Shown: positions 1 through 9,398 of the stretch, in pieces
How positions within the stretch are numbered: position 1 is the first letter of the stretch
How the letters are laid out: each line of letters starts with the position of its first letter
Assembly (NCBI GenBank): GCA_045803245.1
Contig: JBJMPK010000129.1
Location: forward strand, 1 to 52,205
Length of the DNA: 52,205 bases
Direction: 5' to 3'
Source: Gemmatimonadales bacterium
GTDB taxonomy: Bacteria; Gemmatimonadota; Gemmatimonadetes; Gemmatimonadales; GWC2-71-9
Position numbers and translations under genes: made by a program
Notes under the pieces: model-generated
The model's input: the letters and a program-made list of their open reading frames with translations, nothing else
Database searches by the model: none
Told to the model about the DNA's origin: nothing

Positions 1-303
1 CCCCGGCTGGACGCTCAGGCCCGCAGCACCCTCGCGATGTCCCTGGATCTCGTCAGGCGCGCCGCCGAGAGTGCGCTGAACGCCCTGCAGGGAAAGCCGG
101 CCGAGGCACCTCGACGCGACTACGAGCTTTCGTTTCCGCCGGCTCCGGAACCGGCTGTCTCCGTGTCGGGGCAGCGGCGGCGAGTGCCGGCGACTCGTCC
201 CGCAGCACGCCCCAAGGCGGCAAGCGAACGGGACGATTCCCCGTCGGAGCTGGCACAGGAAGATGGACCGCGCCCGGTCTTCAAGCGGCGCCGCGGCCGG
301 TGA
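1..303 (+). CDS. 3' part of a hypothetical protein, probably starting upstream of the window
   Basis: Frame 1 is open from base 1 (PRLDAQARSTLAMSLDLVRR...) to TGA at 301-303. It has a low-complexity basic C-terminus and no recognisable family. Confidence 0.5.
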   Translation, partial: PRLDAQARSTLAMSLDLVRRAAESALNALQGKPAEAPRRDYELSFPPAPEPAVSVSGQRRRVPATRPAARPKAASERDDSPSELAQEDGPRPVFKRRRGR

Positions 304-456
304 GGTGAGCGGGGAGGCCAGTCTACTGTGACTCCGAGCACCGACAGACCATTGGTGACGTCCGACCTTCCGGACTAGGAGTTGTCACCCCATGACATGT
401 CGGGCCGTGGCAGTGAGCGGCCGGCTCGAAGACGAGAAGCGCGAGGGAGCGCCCTC

Positions 457-1719
457 ATGGACACGCAGGTAGTTCCCGCTATTTCCCGGCAGGAGGAGGT
501 CTATCGCCTCCGGACTCCGGCATCCCGGCGCTTCTTCGCTGAGGCGCGGCGGTTTCTGCCCGGCGGCGACTCCCGCAGCACGCTCTTCTACCGTCCTTAC
601 CCTGCCGTGATGGACCGGGGCGAGGGGTGCCGCCTCTCCGACATCGACGGCAACCATCTGCTCGACTTCACCGGCAACCACTCGTCTCTGGTCCACGGCT
701 ACGGCCACCCGGCTATAGTGGCGGCGGTCGAGCAGCAGCTTCGGAAGGGTACCTGCTTTCCCGGATCGACCGAGCCCCAACTTCAGTTGGCCCAGCTCTT
801 GTGTGAGCGCATCGAGTCGGTGGAGCGCATTCGGTTCACGAACTCGGGCACCGAGGCTACGACGAACGCCATCCGGGCGGCCCGGGAGTTTACCGGTCGC
901 ACCAGGATCGCCAAGGTGGAGGGAGGGTACCACGGGACGATGGACGAGGTGATGGTGAGCGCCGGAACCGTGGTGATTCCGTTCAACGACATCGAAGGCG
1001 CCGCCGCCATCCTCGAGGCGGAGGGTAGCGAGCTCGCCGCGGTGCTGGTGGAACCTGTGCTCGGGTCCGCGGGCATGATTCCGGCAGAACGTGACTACCT
1101 GGAAATGCTCAGGGAGACGACCCACCGTCACGGTGTTCTCCTGGTGTGTGACGAGGTCGTCAGCTTCAGGGTGGCGCACGGTGGAGCTCAGGAATGCTTC
1201 GGACTTACGCCGGATCTCACCTGCCTCGGGAAGCTGATCGGCGGTGGATTTCCGCTGGGCGCGTTCGGCGGCCGGGCCGACATCATGGCGTTGTTCGATC
1301 CCAGTCTCGGGCCGCCGGCGCTCCCGCATCCGGGCAGTTACAATGGAAATCCGGTCAGTATGGTCGCCGGTGCCGCTACACTCGACCTGCTCACGCCCGC
1401 AGCCATCGAACGGCTCAATACCCGCGGCACGGCCCTTCGCCAGGACTTGGCGACCGCCTTTAGCGCCGCTGGGATTCCCGCTCAGATCACCGGGCTCGGC
1501 TCGCTCTTTGCCATCCACCTCTCCGGAGAGCCGGTCCGAAGCTACCGGGATACACTGGGCGCTCAGACCGATCTCCGGCACGAGATCTTCCTCGGCCTGT
1601 TCAACGAGGGCATTCTGATCGACCCGCGGGGGGTGGGAAACATTTCCACGGTGATCGGGGACGAAGAGCTCGACCGATTCAGCCGAGCGGCACGCTCGGT
1701 GCTGGACCGCTTAGTCTGA
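457..1719 (+). CDS. Class III PLP aminotransferase, glutamate-1-semialdehyde aminomutase (HemL)-like
   Basis: Motifs PGGDSR, DIDGN, FTNSGTEA, GGYHG, DEVVSFR and the PLP lysine in PDLTCLGKLIGGGFPLGAFGG. ATG 457 follows GAGGGAG. Confidence 0.9.
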   Translation: MDTQVVPAISRQEEVYRLRTPASRRFFAEARRFLPGGDSRSTLFYRPYPAVMDRGEGCRLSDIDGNHLLDFTGNHSSLVHGYGHPAIVAAVEQQLRKGTCFPGSTEPQLQLAQLLCERIESVERIRFTNSGTEATTNAIRAAREFTGRTRIAKVEGGYHGTMDEVMVSAGTVVIPFNDIEGAAAILEAEGSELAAVLVEPVLGSAGMIPAERDYLEMLRETTHRHGVLLVCDEVVSFRVAHGGAQECFGLTPDLTCLGKLIGGGFPLGAFGGRADIMALFDPSLGPPALPHPGSYNGNPVSMVAGAATLDLLTPAAIERLNTRGTALRQDLATAFSAAGIPAQITGLGSLFAIHLSGEPVRSYRDTLGAQTDLRHEIFLGLFNEGILIDPRGVGNISTVIGDEELDRFSRAARSVLDRLV

Positions 1720-1743
1720 CTTCAGCTGCACGAGGAGATACCG

Positions 1744-1977
1744 ATGTCCCGCAAGAACAGCAACCAGCAGCCGTCCCAACGGCCATCCAATAACACCATA
1801 AAAGATCCGGATGAATGGACTACCGGCGAAGAGCCCATGACCGGCGCCCAAGAGTCCTATCTGCACACGCTGGCCACGGAAGCCGGCGAGGAGGTACCGC
1901 CGGAGCTCACCAAGGCGGAAGCGTCAAAGAAGATAGACGAGCTCCAGAACAAGACTGGACGGGGTCAGAGCGCTTAG
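1744..1977 (+). CDS. DUF3072 domain protein
   Basis: KDPDEWTTGEEPMTGAQESYLHTLA...LTKAEASKKIDEL signature. GAGGAG RBS. Confidence 0.9.
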   Translation: MSRKNSNQQPSQRPSNNTIKDPDEWTTGEEPMTGAQESYLHTLATEAGEEVPPELTKAEASKKIDELQNKTGRGQSA

Positions 1978-2426
1978 TCCGGGTCCGCCTCCTCCTCGCG
2001 CTTCACCCGATTCAGGAGGTCGGCCACGTCGGTAGGCGAGAGTCCGACTTCCTGGAGCATCTGCTCCGTGCTGGGACGACTGAAGTCCTCTCGTCTCGCC
2101 TCGAACAGCAGTTCATGCGCCTGCGCCACGTCCAGTAACTGGTGCTGTCGCAGCACCCACCCGCTCTCATCGACGAAAAGACGCAAGGCGTGATCCAGTG
2201 ACTCGAACGCGTTTTCACTCCAGCAACGATCGCGGGGGTGCCAGAAACGGGTGAGGAGAGTGGTGCCGCTGGGAACCTTGTCGTCCCGCTTGGGGGCCCG
2301 GGTCATAACCACCACCCAGTGTATCCGTCCCGGGCGATCGGAGTGGAGAGGAGCCGGGGCGGTCTCCAATGCCGCAGCCGGCTCCCGGGCTGCACCCGGA
2401 GGGGCCTCTTCGTCTTCCATCGGCAT
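1974..2426 (-). CDS. Hypothetical protein (start uncertain)
   Basis: Fills the gap downstream of the AI-2E gene, and the C-terminal half looks globular. Confidence 0.6.
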   Translation of the reverse strand: MPMEDEEAPPGAAREPAAALETAPAPLHSDRPGRIHWVVVMTRAPKRDDKVPSGTTLLTRFWHPRDRCWSENAFESLDHALRLFVDESGWVLRQHQLLDVAQAHELLFEARREDFSRPSTEQMLQEVGLSPTDVADLLNRVKREEEADPD

Positions 2427-2458
2427 CGCGTCCTCGAGGCGGATAGGTCGGCGTCAGC

Positions 2459-3556
2459 TTACTCGCGTAGAACCGCTGCCAGGCGTGAGTCGTGATTCAT
2501 TTGATCGGCAAAAATCTTTACCGCCGCCAGCGCCGGCACCGCCACAAAAGCCCCTGCCACGCCCCAGAGAAACCAGCCTACCAGGACTCCCAGAAGGATG
2601 GCGAGGGGGTTGAGCCGCAGGCCGCTTCCGTAGGCGAAAGGGCTGACCGCGTTGTTTTGGATCGTCGATATCGTGATGTACGCCAGCGGCGCCAGGAGAA
2701 TGTGGCCGATACTCTCGAACGTAGCGAACCCGGTGACGGTCAGGGCAGCCACCATGAAGAATGCACCGATGTAGGGCAGGAACTCGAATACGAAGGTCAG
2801 CAGTCCCCAGAGCGGTGGCGTCGGGATTCCGATGAGCCACATGGCGAGGGCCACTATCACGCCCTGCCCGAGGTTGATCAGGGCGGTGACCACCAGATAC
2901 CGCCGGACGACGCGCTCGGCCTCGGTCACGATCTGCTCCGAAGTGCCGTGGACGGGCTTCGGCATCACCTCGGCCAGCTTTCGGTTGAGGAGATCGCCGG
3001 TGGCCAGGACCAGAAAGAGAATGACGATGATCTGCAGGAAGGTCCCCAGAAGACCGGCTGTGGTGGAGAACACCCGTCCCACGAACGCCGGAATAGCCGG
3101 ACTGGACGACGCGGCTGGAGCAGGAGCAGCCTGCTTCTGTCCCTGCTGTGGCCCTTCCCCGGTGACCTCCTGCTGCGCCTGCTGCACCGCCTGAGACACT
3201 TGCTTGATGGGGCGCCGCAGCTTCTCGATTTTCCCCCGCGCCGCCGCAAGAGTCTTGGGTGCCTCGCTGACCCAGGAACGTACCGGTCCCGCGACGAAGT
3301 AGCCGCTGAACCCCAGCACTCCAAGGCAACCGAGAACGATGAGCGTCGCGCTGGCCGGGGCCGGGATCCGGAAGCGGGAGAGACCCTCGGCCAGCGGCCG
3401 GAAGAGGGCGGTGAACAGCAGACCGATCGAGATGGGGATGAAGATTTCCTGGGCGACGTACAGCGCTGCGGCGGCGACAACTGTCGCCAGAATCACGAGG
3501 CTGGCCGAGCGCTTGCCGGCAACAGCCGCGCGGGCCCGAGCGTCGGGTGAGCTCAC
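2459..3556 (-). CDS. AI-2E family transporter
   Basis: Multiple TM helices, with FEFLPYIGA and LNPLAILLGVLVGWFLWGVAGAFVAVP motifs. Confidence 0.9.
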   Translation of the reverse strand: MSSPDARARAAVAGKRSASLVILATVVAAAALYVAQEIFIPISIGLLFTALFRPLAEGLSRFRIPAPASATLIVLGCLGVLGFSGYFVAGPVRSWVSEAPKTLAAARGKIEKLRRPIKQVSQAVQQAQQEVTGEGPQQGQKQAAPAPAASSSPAIPAFVGRVFSTTAGLLGTFLQIIVILFLVLATGDLLNRKLAEVMPKPVHGTSEQIVTEAERVVRRYLVVTALINLGQGVIVALAMWLIGIPTPPLWGLLTFVFEFLPYIGAFFMVAALTVTGFATFESIGHILLAPLAYITISTIQNNAVSPFAYGSGLRLNPLAILLGVLVGWFLWGVAGAFVAVPALAAVKIFADQMNHDSRLAAVLRE

Positions 3557-3575
3557 GAATGCCTCGTTTCCACGT

Positions 3576-4139
3576 CTAGGTCAGGTCGTCCCGCAGGATG
3601 GCGTACACCTCCACGTCCTCGTACACGCCCCACTTACGCACCCGCTGGCGCAACAAGCCTTCGCGCCGCATTCCGATGTGTCCCAGCACCCGGCCCGCCG
3701 TTGGGTTGCGGGTCATGTGATGGGCATAGATCCGGTTGAGGCCCAGGGTCTCGAAGCCGTAGCGAATCACCGCCGCCGACGCTTCACTGGCGTACCCCTG
3801 GCCCCATCGCTCCCGGCCGATCCAGAACCCCAGCTCCGCCTGAAGATGTTCCGGATCGATATCCCGAAGTCCGACCGAGCCGATCAACCGCGAATCGAGG
3901 GAGAGTCGAACGGCGAAGTTGGTAGCCCGGCCGCGGGCAGCTTCCTTGCGCTGGTTGCCGATCCAGGCGAGGGCATGGTCCATCTCGTATGGGTGAGGGA
4001 TAGAGAGTGTGGTGTCGGCAATCTCTCGTGCCCCGGCCAGACGCTGCAGCTCCGCCGCATCCTGCGGTTGAAAGGCACCGAGTATCAATCGAGCCGTCCG
4101 CAGGATCGGGTGAACGCTCAAGCCGGCACTAGCGGCCAT
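3576..4139 (-). CDS. RimJ/RimL-type GNAT N-acetyltransferase
   Basis: LRTARLIL, AELGFWIG...WGQGYASEA and GMRREGLLRQ motifs. Confidence 0.9.
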   Translation of the reverse strand: MAASAGLSVHPILRTARLILGAFQPQDAAELQRLAGAREIADTTLSIPHPYEMDHALAWIGNQRKEAARGRATNFAVRLSLDSRLIGSVGLRDIDPEHLQAELGFWIGRERWGQGYASEASAAVIRYGFETLGLNRIYAHHMTRNPTAGRVLGHIGMRREGLLRQRVRKWGVYEDVEVYAILRDDLT

Positions 4140-4482
4140 GAGCCCGAACGTGCTCGATGCTTTCCTTCAGCTCCCGCGCTGCGTCTTTGAGGAGGGTAAG
4201 CTCTGGAAGGCGACCACTGACCGAACCACCTCGGAGATCTCCACTCAGGCCCCGGCACAGCTCGCCGGTCCGCCGAATACGAAACCGCTCCTGAAAGGCC
4301 TCGTAGTCGCGGCCACCCGCGGCGCTCAGCAGACCCCACAGCCGCTCCCGCAAATCATCCAGCACGCTCTTGAAGTCCTCCAAGCCTTCCAGGGGCACGC
4401 GACCAAACGCCAGGCGAACCTCGATAGCCCGAAGCATCGAGTTCAGGGTGGCCAACTGATCCACAAGGCTCGGCTCTGCCAT
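4129..4482 (-). CDS. Hypothetical helical protein
   Basis: 117 aa ORF overlapping the GNAT start, with amphipathic helical composition. Confidence 0.7.
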   Translation of the reverse strand: MAEPSLVDQLATLNSMLRAIEVRLAFGRVPLEGLEDFKSVLDDLRERLWGLLSAAGGRDYEAFQERFRIRRTGELCRGLSGDLRGGSVSGRLPELTLLKDAARELKESIEHVRAHGR

Positions 4483-4602
4483 TGGAAGCCCAATCCTTCG
4501 TGCGTGCTGGTGCTGACATCAATCCCGGCCGCACGGAACAGGCCCCATGAGGGGCTGATCGTGCTACCGGTTCAGGAGGACAGCCGAGCGGATGCCGGCA
4601 GC

Positions 4603-4806
4603 TTACTCGCGATACGCGTCCACCGACGCGTTGAGGTCCCGCCGGAGCTCGGTCTCGCCGCTCACGATGCTGCTCCAGGAGATCTCCTGGCCTTTGCGCG
4701 CGCCCTTAGGTGTCACCTTCACACCCTCCGGCGAGATGGCAACCGTATACAGCTTGCCGTCGAGCTCCAGCTCGCGCTTGATCGTCTTGTCGAGTTTCGT
4801 TGCCAT
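4603..4806 (-). CDS. Small hypothetical protein
   Basis: 67 aa, strong GAGGA RBS, normal protein composition. Confidence 0.75.
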   Translation of the reverse strand: MATKLDKTIKRELELDGKLYTVAISPEGVKVTPKGARKGQEISWSSIVSGETELRRDLNASVDAYRE

Positions 4807-4954
4807 GCCGTCCTCAGGTTAATGGATGGGGCGTCACGAAGCGCAATACCCTGCATCGAGCCCCGCCAAGTATACGTAGCCGGGGGCGCCCCCGTCGAGT
4901 TGCGCCCCCCGGACGGGTCCCTAACTTTATATGTATCAGCTCCCGGACAATCCT

Positions 4955-5203
4955 ATGAAGACCGAACGTGAGGCCCGCCTCAAGTCAGAGTACGTCCACC
5001 TGTATCCCGGGCTCAAGCCCAGGATCTGGTACAACGCCGCCTGGCTCTCGGCCCGGCAGTTCGCCCGCGTCCCCTGTGACGGGCGCGCCGCGTCCATCGA
5101 GGCCATGCTGAACGAGGCCCATTTCGAGTTTCGCGGCGGAGTCCGCCGCCGGCGGGTGGATGGGCGTACCGGCGGTCAGGCGGACGCCCGGACGAAACGA
5201 TAG
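4955..5203 (+). CDS. Small hypothetical protein
   Basis: REARLK..LYPGL..W...HFEFRGG pattern, followed by a perfect hairpin. Confidence 0.65.
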   Translation: MKTEREARLKSEYVHLYPGLKPRIWYNAAWLSARQFARVPCDGRAASIEAMLNEAHFEFRGGVRRRRVDGRTGGQADARTKR

Positions 5204-5222
5204 CGTGCCCCGACGATCCAAA

Positions 5223-5254
5223 CACAACGGGCTGCCCCCAGGCAGCCCGTTGTG
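5223..5254. terminator. Probable bidirectional terminator hairpin
   Basis: CACAACGGGCTGCC-ccca-GGCAGCCCGTTGTG, a perfect 14 bp stem between the convergent CDS and tRNA-Asn. Confidence 0.75.
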
Positions 5255-5285
5255 ATCTTGTGTCTCTTGTCTCTAGTCTCCCAAG

Positions 5286-5358
5286 CTCCCGAGGAGGGAC
5301 TCGAACCCCCGACCCGGTGATTAACAGTCACCTGCTCTACCAACTGAGCTACTCGGGA
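5286..5358 (-). tRNA. tRNA-Asn (GTT), CCA not encoded
   Basis: Reverse complement TCCCGAGTAGCTCAGTTGGTAGAGCAGGTGACTGTTAATCACCGGGTCGGGGGTTCGAGTCCCTCCTCGGGAG folds as a cloverleaf. Confidence 0.96.
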
Positions 5359-5539
5359 AAGCACAACAATTGTAATGACTTACGTGTAGGTCCTCAAGGC
5401 CTCGCTACCGCCAAGTGCTTGACCGATCTCGCCCGCAGTTATTAAGGTATGCACCGTCCCCCGAATCCCCAGACCGCCAGCCCGACCAGGGGACTGGCGG
5501 ATTTTGTTTTCACCATGGGAGCCCGCCGGAGAATTTGCG

Positions 5540-5998
5540 ATGAAGCTGACTGTGAACGGCGTCGAGCGGGAAGTGAACGCGCCATCCGATATGCCTCTGC
5601 TCTGGGCCCTGCGTGATCTGCTCGGCCTGACCGGCACCAAGTTCGGCTGTGGGGTGGCCCAGTGTGGCGCCTGTACCGTGCATCTGGATGGTGCTCCCCG
5701 GCGCTCCTGCGTCACACCCCTTTCTGCCGCCGCGGGTAAGAAGATCACCACCATCGAGGGGCTCTCCCCCCAGGGCAATCATCCGGTGCAGCGCGCCTGG
5801 GCCGAGCTGGACGTGGTGCAGTGCGGGTACTGCCAGTCGGGGCAGATCATGTCGGCCGCGGCGTTGCTCGCGGCCAAGGCCGACCCCACCGATGCCGAGA
5901 TCGACGCCGCCATGAGCGGCAATATCTGCCGCTGCGGCACCTACCAACGTATCCGTGCTGCCGTTCACCGTGCAGCCGGGCTGAGGACTTCCGTATGA
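5540..5998 (+). CDS. (2Fe-2S)-binding small subunit, isoquinoline 1-oxidoreductase alpha (IorA/CoxS family), copy 1
   Basis: [26 protein letters not shown] and GNICRCGTY motifs. Confidence 0.95.
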   Translation: MKLTVNGVEREVNAPSDMPLLWALRDLLGLTGTKFGCGVAQCGACTVHLDGAPRRSCVTPLSAAAGKKITTIEGLSPQGNHPVQRAWAELDVVQCGYCQSGQIMSAAALLAAKADPTDAEIDAAMSGNICRCGTYQRIRAAVHRAAGLRTSV

Positions 5999-8217
5999 GC
6001 GCCCCGACAACTCCCTCGCGCCGCGAGTTCCTGAAGACCGGGGCGTTGGTCACGGGCGGGCTGGTGATCGCCTTTACGGTGCCGGGTGCCAAGCGTTTCG
6101 CGCGGGCCGGGCGCCTTCCGGCCGGTGGGTTGGTTCCTAACGCTTTTCTACGCGTGGGCAGCGATGACAGCGTGACCGTGCTGCTGGCGCACTCGGAGAT
6201 GGGCCAGGGTATCTGGACCTCCCTGCCGATGCTGATCGCCGAGGAGCTGGACGCCGACTGGAGCAAGATCAAAGTCGAGCATGCACCGGCGGCGCCGGCG
6301 TACGCGCACACCGTTTTTCGCATGCAGATGACCGGCGGATCGAGCAGCACCTGGTCGGAGTTCGATCGCTACCGCCAGGCCGGCGCCATCGGCCGCGCGC
6401 TGTTGGTAGCGGCGGCGGCCCAGCGGTTTGGGGTGAGTCCCGCCGACTGCCGCACCGAGAACGGGGTAGTGATCGCGGGCAGCCAGCGTGCCCGCTATGG
6501 TGAGCTCGCCGAGGCCGCGGCTAAACTGCCGGCGCCGAAGACCGCGCCGCTCAAAGATCCCAAGGACTGGAAACTCATCGGCAAGCCAACCAAACGACTG
6601 GATTCACCGGAGAAGATTACCGGCCGGGCACAATTCGGCATCGACGTACAGTTCCCCGGCCTGCTTACCGCGGTGGTGGCCCACCCGCCGGTGTTCGGCG
6701 GGAAAGTGAAGTCCCTCGACGACATCAAAGCCAAGGCCGTCCCCGGAGTGCGAGCGGTGGTACGGGTCCCCACCGGGGTGGCGGTGGTGGCGGATCACTT
6801 TTGGGCCGCCAAGCTGGGCCGTGACGCCCTGCAGATCGACTGGGACCTGGGTCCCAACGCGCACCTGGACAGCGCTGCCCTGCGCGAGCAGTTCCACCGG
6901 CTGGCCAGCTTCAAGGGCGTGCCCCTTCCCAAGGATGCGGAAGTACCGCCGGCGCCACCTCAGGTACGCGGGCTCGCCGCTCCCGGAGTCTCCGCTGCGC
7001 AGGCCGGCAACGTCGCCGACGCCCTCGGCAAGGCCGCTAAGACGATCGAGGCTGAATACGCAGTGCCCTATCTCGCTCATGCGACGATGGAGCCCATGAA
7101 CGCCACGGTGCGCATCAGCCGGAACAAGTGCGAAATCTGGACTGGTACTCAGTTCCAGACGTTGGACCAGCAGCTGGCTGCAAAGATCACCGGTCTCGCG
7201 CCCGAGCAGGTCGAGATTCACACCACCTTTCTCGGCGGTGGCTTCGGCCGCCGGGCCACGCCGACCTCTGACTTCGTGAGCGAAGCGGTCCAGGTCGCCA
7301 AGGCTGCCGGGGCTCCGGTCAAGACAGTGTGGACCCGGGAGGACGACATGCGCGGCGGCTACTACCGCCCTGCGTACCTGCACCGGGTGCGGGTCGGCCT
7401 GGGCGCTGACGGTTTCCCAGCGGCCTGGCACCATGAGGTGGTCGGCCAGTCGATCCTGGCCGGAACCCCATTCGAGCCGATGCTGGTGAAGAACGGGATC
7501 GATGCCACTTCGGTCGAGGGGGTCGCCGATTCGGCCTACCTGAAATCGATACCCAATCACCGGGTGGATCTGCATTCACCCCGGCTGGGCATCCCGGTGC
7601 TCTGGTGGCGTTCCGTCGGCCACAGCCACAGCGCCTTTGTCATGGAAAGCATGATTGACGAGCTGGCCCTCTTGGCCAGCAAAGATCCGGTCGAGTACCG
7701 CCGCTCGCTGCTCAAAGAGCACTCCCGCCATCTGGGCGCGCTCAACCTGGCGGCCGAAAAAGCCCAGTGGAGCACGCCGCTTCCTCGAGGCCGTGCCCGG
7801 GGGATTGCGGTACACGAGTCATTCGGCAGCTATGTAGCTCAGGTCGCGGAAGTATCGGTCGACAAGGGAGCCATCCGGGTCCACCGGGTGGTGTGCGCCA
7901 TTGATTGCGGTATCGCGGTAAATCCCGACACCGTGCGAGCGCAGATGGAATCGGGGATCGCGTTCGGGTTGGGCGCGGCGCTACACAGCAAGCTGAGCTT
8001 CAAGGACGGACGAGTGCAGCAGTCCAACTTTCATGACTACAAGGTGCTGAGACTGAACGAGATGCCGGTAATCGAAGTACATATCGTGCCGAGCACCGAC
8101 AAAATGGGTGGCGCAGGAGAACCTGGGGTACCACCGATCGCTCCGGCGGTCGCCAATGCCGTTGCGCAGCTGACCGGCCAGCGCCTGCGGGAGCTGCCGC
8201 TCGTGCTTTCGACTTGA
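5995..8217 (+). CDS. Xanthine dehydrogenase family molybdopterin-binding subunit (IorB-like), Tat-exported, copy 1
   Basis: SRREFLK Tat motif, EMGQG, HATMEP, GGGFGRR, WTREDD and [13 protein letters not shown] overlap with iorA. Confidence 0.95.
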   Translation: MSAPTTPSRREFLKTGALVTGGLVIAFTVPGAKRFARAGRLPAGGLVPNAFLRVGSDDSVTVLLAHSEMGQGIWTSLPMLIAEELDADWSKIKVEHAPAAPAYAHTVFRMQMTGGSSSTWSEFDRYRQAGAIGRALLVAAAAQRFGVSPADCRTENGVVIAGSQRARYGELAEAAAKLPAPKTAPLKDPKDWKLIGKPTKRLDSPEKITGRAQFGIDVQFPGLLTAVVAHPPVFGGKVKSLDDIKAKAVPGVRAVVRVPTGVAVVADHFWAAKLGRDALQIDWDLGPNAHLDSAALREQFHRLASFKGVPLPKDAEVPPAPPQVRGLAAPGVSAAQAGNVADALGKAAKTIEAEYAVPYLAHATMEPMNATVRISRNKCEIWTGTQFQTLDQQLAAKITGLAPEQVEIHTTFLGGGFGRRATPTSDFVSEAVQVAKAAGAPVKTVWTREDDMRGGYYRPAYLHRVRVGLGADGFPAAWHHEVVGQSILAGTPFEPMLVKNGIDATSVEGVADSAYLKSIPNHRVDLHSPRLGIPVLWWRSVGHSHSAFVMESMIDELALLASKDPVEYRRSLLKEHSRHLGALNLAAEKAQWSTPLPRGRARGIAVHESFGSYVAQVAEVSVDKGAIRVHRVVCAIDCGIAVNPDTVRAQMESGIAFGLGAALHSKLSFKDGRVQQSNFHDYKVLRLNEMPVIEVHIVPSTDKMGGAGEPGVPPIAPAVANAVAQLTGQRLRELPLVLST

Positions 8218-8228
8218 GGAAAGCGAGT

Positions 8229-8819
8229 ATGCGCGACTCCATGCGGCTCTTCCTCACGGTTCTCCTGGCTGCTTGCGGACCTCGAACTACTCCCGAGGAA
8301 CGGGCCCGAGCGGTCACCGCCTTTGCCACCGTGCAGCAGGTGTTCCAACATCCTCGTTGCCAGAACTGCCATATCCCCGGGGATGCACCCCTGCAGTTCG
8401 ACGCCGGGCGGCCACACGAAATGGGAGTAGCGCGTGGGCCCGACGGCAAAGGTGCGCCTGGGCTACCCTGCTCCACCTGCCATGGAGCTGAGAACGTGCC
8501 GGTAAGCTACGGCCTACACGCCCCGCCCGGCGCGCCCAACTGGCATCTGCCTTCACCCGAGCACAAGATGGCGTGGATCGGCCTCTCTCCCGCGGCTCTC
8601 TGCGAGACTATCAAGAGCAAGAGACAGAACGGTGGCCGCGGCTTCGAGGCACTGACCAAGCACGTGAGCGAGGACAGTCTCGTGCTATGGGGCTGGCACC
8701 CTGGCGGCGACCGCAGGCCGGTGCCCGTTCCGCACGACGAGCTTGTAGCCAAGTTCAAGCAATGGGCGGCGGCGGGAGGCCCCTGTCCCCAGGAACACGT
8801 GGCTCTCACCGCGCGGTGA
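8229..8819 (+). CDS. Di-heme c-type cytochrome lipoprotein associated with IorAB
   Basis: Lipobox LLAAC and two heme motifs, HPRCQNCH and CSTCH. Confidence 0.85.
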   Translation: MRDSMRLFLTVLLAACGPRTTPEERARAVTAFATVQQVFQHPRCQNCHIPGDAPLQFDAGRPHEMGVARGPDGKGAPGLPCSTCHGAENVPVSYGLHAPPGAPNWHLPSPEHKMAWIGLSPAALCETIKSKRQNGGRGFEALTKHVSEDSLVLWGWHPGGDRRPVPVPHDELVAKFKQWAAAGGPCPQEHVALTAR

Positions 8820-8832
8820 AGCGCTGCCCGGA

Positions 8833-9057
8833 TTACGGCTGGTTTGCTACCGAATCCAACCGGGCGTTGCGGGCGTCGGCCGAGTCTGACGCCCCCAATG
8901 CGCCTCGCACGCCCCGAGCGCCGGGAAGTCGCGATGCGCCGAGCACACTGTCCCTCTCGCGCTCGGTGCGGGGACGCTTGCTCGCATCCTGGTCCTTCGG
9001 GGTACACCCGAGGGTTGCCGCCACCAGCCACAGCCCTGCCAATCCGATCGATCGCAC
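8833..9057 (-). CDS. Small lipoprotein
   Basis: Signal peptide ending ATLGC, with an AGGAG RBS upstream. Confidence 0.75.
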   Translation of the reverse strand: MRSIGLAGLWLVAATLGCTPKDQDASKRPRTERERDSVLGASRLPGARGVRGALGASDSADARNARLDSVANQP

Positions 9058-9398
9058 GTGAGAAACTCCTGAGCGGAGGACCGACCAATTTAACTGCTGC
9101 CAATGCGGAAAGTTGCGTGTCCAGTGATCGGTAGCGCAGCCGGGCAGAAGCCGCTCGACCTAATTTTCGCCGTCATCTCACCGCACTTAGAGGGCTGGCC
9201 GGATGGGCTTACGAATTTCACGTGAGCACCTGCTCGCATCGTGACTCGAGGTGTGAGCATTCACTGCTGCGAGCCTGACTTTCAGCCGCCTTGATTGTAA
9301 ACACCATGGGGCCGAAACCTGCATCCTAAGTCATTGTTAAGAAAAATGTTACAAACTTCTAGCTGGCGGTTTCAGGAGCCCTGCTTAGTTTCCGTTCA

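Noticed and set aside
385-1581. 398 aa antisense ORF, and similar long shadow ORFs at 2492-3550, 22568-23752, 24459-25826, 30234-31703 and 43096-44466
   Set aside because: Each lies opposite well-supported genes. Such shadow frames are expected from high-GC codon bias, and they show no motifs.
5821-5994. Long N-terminal extensions of IorB (also 36998-37411) and of IorA copy 2 (36504-36932) in the ORF track
   Set aside because: They overlap upstream genes. Tat motifs and RBS positions indicate starts at 5995, 37412 and 36933.
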